A stretch of 64,000 nucleotides of DNA from an uncultured Acidobacteriota bacterium (lineage in GTDB: Bacteria; Acidobacteriota; Thermoanaerobaculia; Multivoradales; JBCCEF01), in contig CAVSQV010000003.1 of the NCBI GenBank assembly GCA_963730155.1, positions 1,123,226 to 1,187,225 on the forward strand, read 5' to 3'. The notes below the pieces were generated by a model. It did not search any database, was not told the DNA's origin, and saw only the letters and a program-made list of their open reading frames with translations. Positions 56,656 to 64,000 of this stretch are shown in pieces. The position numbers and the translations under genes are program-made. Numbering within the stretch: the first letter of the stretch is position 1; every line of letters starts with the position of its first letter.

Positions 56656-59414
56656 CGGTCCTGTTCGGAGGGGGCGCGGGGCCCCTCCCCCGAGCCAGCG
56701 GCCTGCCCCACCGTTGGCGGCTCGCCCTCCTGGTCTACCTGGCGCTGCTCGCGGCCAGCCACCTGGTCCGGCTGCTCGCGCCCGCGGCCGCACCCGGGCC
56801 GCCGCCCGGAGTCCGCACCGCCCAGCTCCCCGAAACCGGCCGCGGCGCCGATCCCGGCCGGCGGGTGCGGGTGGCCTGGCAGGAGTGGGGTGAGGGCGAG
56901 CGACGCGCGGGCGAGTCGGCGCCGCTCCTCCTCCTCCACGGCAGCCCGGGGAGCCGCCACGACTTCGACGGCCTGGCCCCCCAGCTCGCCGCCGGCCGGC
57001 GGGTGATCGCGCCCGATCTGCCGGGCTTCGGCGACTCCGAGCACGCGGTCGCCGACTACTCGATCCTCGCCCACGCCGGGTACGCCCGGGCGCTGCTCGA
57101 CCACCTCGGCGTCGGCCGCGTCCACGTCCTCGGCTTCAGCATGGGGGGCGGCGTCGCGCTCCACCTGGCCGAGCAGGCTCCCGAGCGGGTCGCCTCGGTG
57201 ACGCTCCTCGCCGCCACCGGGGTGCAGGAGCTGGAACTGCTCGGCAGCCAGCCGCTCAACCACGCGGTCCACGGCCTCCAGCTCGCCGCGATCGTCCTCG
57301 CCCAGGAGGCGCTCCCCCACTTCGGCGCCCTCGACGGCGGGATGCTCGACCGACCCTATGCCCGCAACTTCTTCGACAGCGACCAGCGGCCGCTGCGCGG
57401 GATCCTCGGCCGGCTCGAACCGCCGGCGCTGATCGTCCACGGCGTCGACGACCCGCTGGTGCCGGTGGCGGCGGCGCACGAGCACCACCGCCTCCTGCCG
57501 CAGAGCGAGCTGGTGCTGCTCGCGACCGACCACTTCTTCCTCTTCCGCGACGGCGGCGCCGAGGCGGCGCCGGCGATCGAGCGCTTCCTCGCCGCCGCCG
57601 ACGCCGGCCTCGCGCCGTCCCGCTCCGAGGCGCCGGCCGACCGCCGCGCGGCCGCCGCGGCGCCATTCGATCCTGCCGCCCTGCCGCCGCTTGAGGGCCT
57701 CGGCGCCATGGTCACGCTGCTGCTCCTGGCCGCCGGCACGCTGGTCAGCGAGGACCTGACCGCGATCACCGCGGGACTGCTCGCGGCCCAGGGGCGGATC
57801 GCCTTCTGGCCCGCCACGGCCGCCTGCGCCGCCGGCATCTTCGCCGGCGACCTGCTGCTCTATCTGGCCGGACGCGCGCTCGGCCGGCCGGCGTTGCGGC
57901 TGCCGCCGCTCCGCTGGTGGCTCGACGAGCGGGCGGTCGACGGCGCCTCGGAGTGGTTCCGGCGCCGCGGGATGGCGGCGATCTTCGCCAGCCGCCTCCT
58001 TCCCGGCGCGCGCCTGCCGACCTACTTCGCCGCCGGCGTGCTGCGCACCGGCTTCTGGCGCTTCGCCGCCTACTTCGCGGTCGCGGTGGCGTTCTGGACG
58101 CCGCTCCTGGTCGGCGCCGCGATGCTCGCCGGCGAGGGGGCGCTGCATCTGCTCGGCCGGGCGCGGCTGGGGCTCGTGGCGCTCCTCGCCGCGGCGGTGC
58201 TCTTCGCCCTGCTCCTGCGCCTGGTGCTGATCCCGCTCCTGACCCGGCGCGGGCGGCGCCTCCTGGCCGGCCGCTGGCAGCGCTGGCGGCACTGGGAGTT
58301 CTGGCCGCCGTGGCTGTTCTACCCGCCGGTGGTGGCGCACATCCTCTGGCTCGGGCTGCGCCACCGCGGGCCGACCGTCTTCACCGCCGCCAACCCGGGC
58401 CTGCCCGCGGGCGGCGTCATCGGCGAGCCCAAGCGCGACATCCTGCGCCGGCTCGAGGCGGCCGGCGCGCCGCTGCCGCGCTGGGAGTTCCTGCCCGCCG
58501 AGCGCTCCGCGGCCGAGCGGCTGGCGGCGGTCGAGGTCTTCCGCGCCCGCCACGGCCTCGGCTGGCCGCTGGTGCTCAAGCCGGACGCCGGCCAGCGCGG
58601 CTCGGGCGTCGCGGTGGTGCGGAGCGCGGCGGAGGCCGAGCGCTACCTCGCCGCCTGCCGGGTCGACGCCCTGGTCCAGGAGCACGTGCCGGGGGAGGAG
58701 CTGGGCGTCTTCTACGCCCGGCGGCCGGGCGACGAGCGCGGCCGCGTGCTCTCGGTCACCGAGAAGGCGATGCCCGAGGTGACCGGCGACGGCCGGCGCA
58801 CGGTCGAGGAGCTGGTCCTCGCCGACCCGCGCGCGGTGGCGCTCGCCGGGCTCTACTTGGCCGGCCTCGGCGCCGGCGCGGCGCGGGTGCCGGCGGCCGG
58901 CGAGCGGGTGCGGCTGGTCGAGGTCGGCACCCACTGCCGCGGCGCGATCTTCCGCGACGGCCGGCGCTTCCTCACCCCGGAGCTGGAAGCGGCCGTCGAC
59001 CGGATCAGCCGCGCCTGCGACGGCTTCTACTTCGGCCGCTACGACCTCCGCGGCGAGAGCCACAAGGCGATCGCCGCCGGGCGCTTCTCGGTCATCGAGC
59101 TCAACGGCGTGACCTCGGAGATGACCCACGTCTACGACCGGCGGATCTCGCTCCTCGAGGCGTGGCGGACGCTCGCCGGCCAGTGGCGGCTGGCGTTCGA
59201 GATCGGCGCCGAGAACCGCCGCCGTGGGGTCCGCCCGGCCCCGGCGACGGCGCTCCTGCGCGCCGCCCTGCGCTACCGGCGCGAGGCACGCGGCCAGGGC
59301 CCGGCCGCCGGGGCCCCTCCCACCGAGGCCCCGCCCGCCGGGGCCCTGGCCGCCGGGACCCTGGCCGCCGGGACCGGGATCACCGGGCCACCCGCCGTCG
59401 CGCCCGAGGACTAG
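56652..59414 (+). CDS. Tri-domain fusion: alpha/beta hydrolase + DedA/VTT membrane domain + ATP-grasp ligase
   Basis: LLLLHGSPGSRHDF..GFSMGGG (hydrolase). TAITAGLLAAQG..IFAGDLLLYLAGR..AIFASRLLPGARLPTYFAAG (DedA/SNARE-associated). WPLVLKPDAGQRGSGV..VQEHVPGEELGVFY..IELNG (ATP-grasp). Confidence 0.75.
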   Translation: MTVLFGGGAGPLPRASGLPHRWRLALLVYLALLAASHLVRLLAPAAAPGPPPGVRTAQLPETGRGADPGRRVRVAWQEWGEGERRAGESAPLLLLHGSPGSRHDFDGLAPQLAAGRRVIAPDLPGFGDSEHAVADYSILAHAGYARALLDHLGVGRVHVLGFSMGGGVALHLAEQAPERVASVTLLAATGVQELELLGSQPLNHAVHGLQLAAIVLAQEALPHFGALDGGMLDRPYARNFFDSDQRPLRGILGRLEPPALIVHGVDDPLVPVAAAHEHHRLLPQSELVLLATDHFFLFRDGGAEAAPAIERFLAAADAGLAPSRSEAPADRRAAAAAPFDPAALPPLEGLGAMVTLLLLAAGTLVSEDLTAITAGLLAAQGRIAFWPATAACAAGIFAGDLLLYLAGRALGRPALRLPPLRWWLDERAVDGASEWFRRRGMAAIFASRLLPGARLPTYFAAGVLRTGFWRFAAYFAVAVAFWTPLLVGAAMLAGEGALHLLGRARLGLVALLAAAVLFALLLRLVLIPLLTRRGRRLLAGRWQRWRHWEFWPPWLFYPPVVAHILWLGLRHRGPTVFTAANPGLPAGGVIGEPKRDILRRLEAAGAPLPRWEFLPAERSAAERLAAVEVFRARHGLGWPLVLKPDAGQRGSGVAVVRSAAEAERYLAACRVDALVQEHVPGEELGVFYARRPGDERGRVLSVTEKAMPEVTGDGRRTVEELVLADPRAVALAGLYLAGLGAGAARVPAAGERVRLVEVGTHCRGAIFRDGRRFLTPELEAAVDRISRACDGFYFGRYDLRGESHKAIAAGRFSVIELNGVTSEMTHVYDRRISLLEAWRTLAGQWRLAFEIGAENRRRGVRPAPATALLRAALRYRREARGQGPAAGAPPTEAPPAGALAAGTLAAGTGITGPPAVAPED

Positions 59415-59560
59415 CCCGTGGACGAGCCCACCGTCGCAGGATCGTCGAGCCGCCGCTCCACCGGGGCCACAGCTCGAGCGCATAATGTCGCGATCATCCA
59501 ATCCGATCCGGCCGCCGGCCGACCGGCCCGGCGGCCGCGGGCAACCGGGGGGTACCGCTG

Positions 59561-60400
59561 ATGAGCACCGTCGCCGCTCCGCGCCTGACGCCGCCGCCCG
59601 GAGGCTACCCGCCGTTCCCCGAGCTGCTGCCGGCCGGGGTGATCGAGCACGGCCGCTACCGGGTCCGTTTCGCCCACCGCGCCGACGAGCTGGACGCCGT
59701 GCTGCGCCTGCGCTACCGGGTGTTCAACCTCGAGCTGGGCGAGGGGCTCGCCGCCTCCGCCGCCACCGGCCGGGACGAGGACGCCTTCGACGCCGCGTGC
59801 CATCATCTGTTGGTCGAGGACGTGCCGGCAGGCGCGGTGATCGGCACCTACCGGATGCAGACCGCGGCGATGGCCGCCGCCGGGCGCGGTTTCTACTCGG
59901 CCGGCGAGTTCGACCTCTCCAGCCTGCCACCCCAAGTGGTCGCGAGTGCGATGGAGGTCGGCCGCGCCTGCATTGCCCGCGAGCACCGCAACCGCCAGGT
60001 GCTGTTCCTGCTCTGGAAGGGGCTGGCGCGCTACCTCACCGCCACCGGCGCGCGCTACCTCTTCGGCTGCTGCTCGCTGACCAGCCAGGACGCGGCCGAG
60101 GGCCGGCGGGTGATGGCCCACCTCGCGGGCCGAGGGCTGCTCCATCCGGCCCTGCGAGTCGATCCCCTGCCCGGGCTCGGGTGCGCCGGAGGCGAGGCCG
60201 GCGCCCCGGCCACGGCCGAAGCCGAACCCGCCGCAATCGAGCTGCCCTCGCTCTTCCGCACCTACCTGCGCTACGGCGCCCTGGTCTGCGGGCCGCCGGC
60301 GATCGACCGCGAGTTCAAGACCATCGATTTCCTGGTCCTGCTCGACACCGCCGGCCTGGATCCGCGCAGCCGGGCGCTGTTCTTCGATTCCGACCGCTGA
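59561..60400 (+). CDS. GNAT-family N-acyltransferase of the OlsB / N-acyl-amino-acid-synthase (hemolysin-like) type
   Basis: Contains LRLRYRVFNLELGEG, DAFDAACHHLLVED, GTYRM, FDLS, VGRACI..EHR and PSLFRTYLRYGA. Confidence 0.8.
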   Translation: MSTVAAPRLTPPPGGYPPFPELLPAGVIEHGRYRVRFAHRADELDAVLRLRYRVFNLELGEGLAASAATGRDEDAFDAACHHLLVEDVPAGAVIGTYRMQTAAMAAAGRGFYSAGEFDLSSLPPQVVASAMEVGRACIAREHRNRQVLFLLWKGLARYLTATGARYLFGCCSLTSQDAAEGRRVMAHLAGRGLLHPALRVDPLPGLGCAGGEAGAPATAEAEPAAIELPSLFRTYLRYGALVCGPPAIDREFKTIDFLVLLDTAGLDPRSRALFFDSDR

Positions 60401-60583
60401 CCCGGGGAGCGTCGAAGCAAAGACGGCGCCGGTGAGGTTAGCAGCCCGCCGGGCCGGGGGCCGTGCATGCCGCCGCCGGCGGGCCGCCGTCCCCCCCGCG
60501 GTGAGAGTCACGAACCGCGGGACCCGGCGCCGTCGGGGGATTGGACACCGCGGAGCGGCGGCGGGTTCGCGGCGGAGCCGAGA

Positions 60584-61129
60584 TCAGCCGCCGAGCAGCC
60601 ACTCCGGCCCGCCGGCAACGCGGACGCCAGGCGTGCCTTCGAAGCGCGCGGCGATCGCCGCCAGCGTCCGGCCGTCGAGCGGGTGCACCTCGGCCGGCGC
60701 CAGATCGGCTAGCGGCAGCGCGAGATGAGCGCAGGCGACGATCTCCGGATCCGGCAGATCGATCCCGGCCGCCGGGTCGCGCAGCACGAGCCCCGGGCAG
60801 AACGCGACGTCGAGGTCGATCGGCCGCGGCGCGTTGCGGTCGGCGCCGCGCACCCGCCCCAGCTCGGCCTCGAGCGGCCGCAGCACCCGGTGCTTGAGCT
60901 CCGCGAGCGGCAGCGCGGTCTCGATCGCCACCGCCGCGTTCAGGAACGGCGGCGCGTCCGGCGCGCCGACCGCCGCCGTGGCGTAGACCCGCGACGCCGC
61001 GAGCCCCGGGAACCGCTCGGCGAGCCGCCGCACCGCGCGCGGGAGGTTGGTCTCGGGATCGACGTTCGAGCCGAGGGCGATGAGGACGAGCCTTCCCGGC
61101 CCACCCTCACTCGAAGTCGGCGCGCTCAC
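60584..61129 (-). CDS. folK: HPPK (2-amino-4-hydroxy-6-hydroxymethyldihydropteridine diphosphokinase)
   Basis: Contains LIALGSNV, PFLNAAV, RPIDLDV and HPL. Confidence 0.9.
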   Translation of the reverse strand: MSAPTSSEGGPGRLVLIALGSNVDPETNLPRAVRRLAERFPGLAASRVYATAAVGAPDAPPFLNAAVAIETALPLAELKHRVLRPLEAELGRVRGADRNAPRPIDLDVAFCPGLVLRDPAAGIDLPDPEIVACAHLALPLADLAPAEVHPLDGRTLAAIAARFEGTPGVRVAGGPEWLLGG

Positions 61130-61487
61130 GCTCGATCTCCACCCCCACCGAGGCGGCGAAGCGGAGCGCCCCCGGCTTCTCGACCCGCACCCGCACCCGC
61201 TCCGCGCCGTGCTCGACCGCGATCCGCGCCACCGCCTCGGCGAGCGCCTCGACCAGGTAGGGGCGCGACGACTCGACGTGGTCGATCACCGCCTTGGCCA
61301 GCGTCCGATAGTTGAGCGTGTCGGCGACGTCGTCCGAGCGCCCGGCGGCCCGGGTGTCGGCGTGGACCTCGACGTTGAGCAGGATGTCCTGCTCGCTGTC
61401 GCGCTCCCAGTCGTTGATCCCGACGATCCCGCGCAGGAGCAGGTCCTTGATGACGATGCGGTCGCGGAGAGGAAGGGTGCGGGTCAC
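61107..61487 (-). CDS. folB: Dihydroneopterin aldolase
   Basis: Contains IVIKDLLLRGIVGINDWERDSEQDILLNVEV and YRTLAKAV. Overlaps folK by 23 nt. Confidence 0.9.
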   Translation of the reverse strand: MTRTLPLRDRIVIKDLLLRGIVGINDWERDSEQDILLNVEVHADTRAAGRSDDVADTLNYRTLAKAVIDHVESSRPYLVEALAEAVARIAVEHGAERVRVRVEKPGALRFAASVGVEIERERADFE

Positions 61488-61703
61488 GGTGTGTAGGTCT
61501 CCGGGGGCGATGATCGGCGCTCGCGGCGGCGGGTGTCAACCGGACGGCAGGATCGATCTTGCCGGCTCGCGGTCGCGTCCCGCTGGAAGTGCCGATTCGC
61601 GTCCGCTTTACGCAGCTTTTCTCTTGACTTCGCCTACGACATATAGAAGAATCTACACTTCGGCACACGGCGGCCGCCCAAACTCTTCGATCCAAGAAAG
61701 CGA

Positions 61704-64000
61704 GTGAATTCAATGAGTTCACGAACGGTAGTGGTGTGCGCGCTCGTCTGCCTGACCCTGACCGGCTCCGCCGCGGCGGCGAGGCCGTCCGATCAGAGCG
61801 CGGTCGATGTCGCGCGCGACCACCTGCAACGCCACGCAACGAAGCTCGGTCTCACCGCCTCGGACGTCGGCGAGATCGCCGTCAGCAGCGTCGTCCCCAG
61901 CCGCCACAACGGCGTCACTCACGTCTACTTCCTCCAGCTCCACCAGGGCATCGAGGTCCACGGCGGCGTCGCCAACGTCAACGTCGGTCCGCGCGGCCAG
62001 GTGCTCAGCGCCGGCGACCGCTTCGTCGCCGGGCTGGCGGAGGCCGCGGTCCAGCCGGCCGTGCGCCGCAGCGCGCCCGAGGCCCTGGCGGCAGCCGCAG
62101 GCCGGCTCGGGCTCGCCGCGGCCGGGAGCTTCGAGGTGATCGGCCGCGAGGGCGGCCCCGCCCAGCGCACCACGCTGGCGCCCGCCGGCATCGCCGCCCG
62201 GCCGATCGAGGCCCGGCTGGTCTGGGTGCCGGCCGGCCGCGCGGTGCGGCTCGCCTGGCGCCTCGAGATCGAGGAGGTCTCCGGCGACCACTGGTGGATC
62301 AGCCTGATCGACGCCGAGACCCTGGCGCCGCTCGGCGAGGACGACCTGGTCGTCCACGACTCGGCGCAGGCGATCGCCGAGGCGATCGCCCGCCCCCGCC
62401 CGGTCACCCCGGTCCCGCTGCCCGGCTTCGCGCCCACCGACGGCGCCCAGTACCGGGTCTTCCCGCTGCCGTTCGAGAGCCCGAGCGACGGCGCCCGCGA
62501 GTTCGTGATCGACGCCGCCGACCCCGACGCCTCGCCGTTCGGCTGGCACGACACCAACGGCGTCGCCGGGCCGGAGTTCACCGTCACCCGCGGCAACAAC
62601 GTCCACGCCTACACCGACATCGACGCCAACAACGTCGCCGACCCCGGGAGCGACCCCGACGGCGGCGCCGAGCCTCGTCGTTCGACTTCCCGCTCGACCT
62701 GACCCTGAACCCGCCGACCTACCGCGCCGGCGGCGGTGACCAACCTGTTCTACTGGAACAACGTCGTCCACGACGTCATCCACGGCTACGGCTTCGACGA
62801 GGCGGCGGGCAACTTCCAGGTCAACAACTACGGCAACGGCGGCGTCGGCGGCGACGACGTGCGCGCCGAGGCGCAGGACGGCAGCGGCACCAACAACGCC
62901 AACTTCGGCACCGGCGTCGACGGCGTCCGGCCGCGGATGCAGATGTTCGTCTGGACCCACCCGTTCCCGAACCTGGTCCGGCGTCAACTCGCCGGCGCCG
63001 ATCGCCGGCGACTACGCGGCGACCGGCGCGGCGTTCGGCCCGACGCCTGACGGCCACCGGGCCGATCAGCGGCAACGTGACGGTGGTCAACGACGGCGCT
63101 GGGCGCCACCGCCGACGCCTGCGAGCCGCTGGTCGGCTTCCCGGCCGGCGACATCGCGCTCCTCGACCGCGGCATCTGCACCTTCGTGATCAAGGTCAAG
63201 AACGCCCAGAACGCGGGCGCCGTCGCGGTGATCGTCGCCAACAACGTCGCCGGCAACCCGATCACCCTCGGCGGCGCCGACCCGACGATCGTCATCCCCT
63301 CGGGGATGGTCAGCCTCGCCGACGGCGACCTCTTCCGGGCCAACCTGCCGGTCCACGCGACGCTGCGGGCGAACCCGCTGACCTCGCCCAACCGCGACTC
63401 GCGACCTCGACGCCGGCGTCATCGCCCACGAGTACGGCCACGGCATCTCGAACCGCCTGACCGGCGGCCCGCGGTCGTCAACTGCCTGGGCAACGTCGGC
63501 GGCAACTCCGAGCAGATGGGCGAGGGCTGGAGCGACTGGTTCGCGCTGACCCTGACCACCCACCCGTCCGACACCGCGACCACGGCGCGCGGCGTCGGCA
63601 GCTACGTGGTCTTCCGAGCCGCCGGACGGCCCGGGCATCCGGCCGACCCCGTACACCACCGACATGGCCGTCAACCCGTCGACCTACGCCTCGGTCGCGA
63701 ACGTCGCCGGCATCAGCCAGCCGCACGGCATCGGCTACGTCTGGAACACGATGCTGTGGGAGGTCTACTGGAACCTGGTCGACCGCTACGGCTACAACGC
63801 CGACGTCTACGGCGACTGGACCACCGGCGGCAACAACCTGGCGCTCCAGCTCGTGATGGACGGGATGAAGTTCCAGCCCTGCCAGCCCGGCTTCGTCGAC
63901 GGCCGCAACGCGATCCTGACCGCCGACGTCGCGCTCACCGGCGGCGCCAACCAGTGCGAGATCTGGCGCGGCTTCGCCAAGCGCGGCCTCGGTTTCAGCG
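61704..64000 (+). pseudogene. M36 (fungalysin-type) secreted metallopeptidase with propeptide and PA-domain insert; frame broken repeatedly between about 62650 and 63660; runs off the right edge
   Basis: Signal peptide and FTP-like propeptide are intact to about 62650. After that the pieces [63 protein letters not shown] and HEYGHGISNRLTGG lie in different frames. One frame holds from about 63660 to the end. Confidence 0.8.

Noticed and set aside
60444-60484. Hairpin gcccgccgg...ccggcgggc between the convergent OlsB-like gene and folK, considered as a terminator.
   Set aside because: The loop is 23 nt and there is no U-tract. Similar GC-rich inverted repeats are frequent in this sequence.

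Overview
Very GC-rich bacterial chromosomal segment (G+C judged by eye, not computed). I can support about 55 protein genes and one tRNA. I saw no rRNA, CRISPR array, transposase, integrase or phage genes. Housekeeping genes include folA-thyA, folB-folK, arfB, rdgC, a TruC-like pseudouridine synthase, fkpA, yceH and a class-V aminotransferase. Much of the rest encodes secreted, lipoprotein or membrane-anchored proteins: two TIGR03436-like VWA proteins, choice-of-anchor D and I proteins, PhoA, M48 and M36 peptidases, a GH5-like hydrolase and a DUF3857/transglutaminase pair. That content suggests an Acidobacteriota-like organism, which is inference only. Accessory content is an ~8.4 kb tightly coupled cusCBA-type operon carrying unusual extra genes, plus four toxin-antitoxin loci (orphan Phd, two VapBC, one RES-Xre). 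The best-supported unusual feature is a deiodinase-like thioredoxin-fold gene (37373..38122, minus). The ORF track splits it at an in-frame TGA that sits at the catalytic Sec/Cys position, and an fdhF-like bSECIS hairpin follows it. Other points worth a second look: (1) four genes (srkA, an SPFH/slipin gene, a 3 kb haem/beta-propeller gene, an M36 peptidase) carry dense frameshifts in sharply bounded blocks while their neighbours are intact; (2) cusA has no stop codon in its own frame; (3) an alpha/beta-hydrolase-DedA-ATP-grasp fusion lies next to an OlsB-like N-acyltransferase; (4) a two-gene operon encodes a secreted protein with an 8-Cys C-terminal tail; (5) a short unit bounded by a promoter and a terminator sits upstream of a tRNA-Ile whose acceptor stem is mismatched. 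I found no convincing defence island or mobile element. All family assignments come from reading the translations, not from searches.
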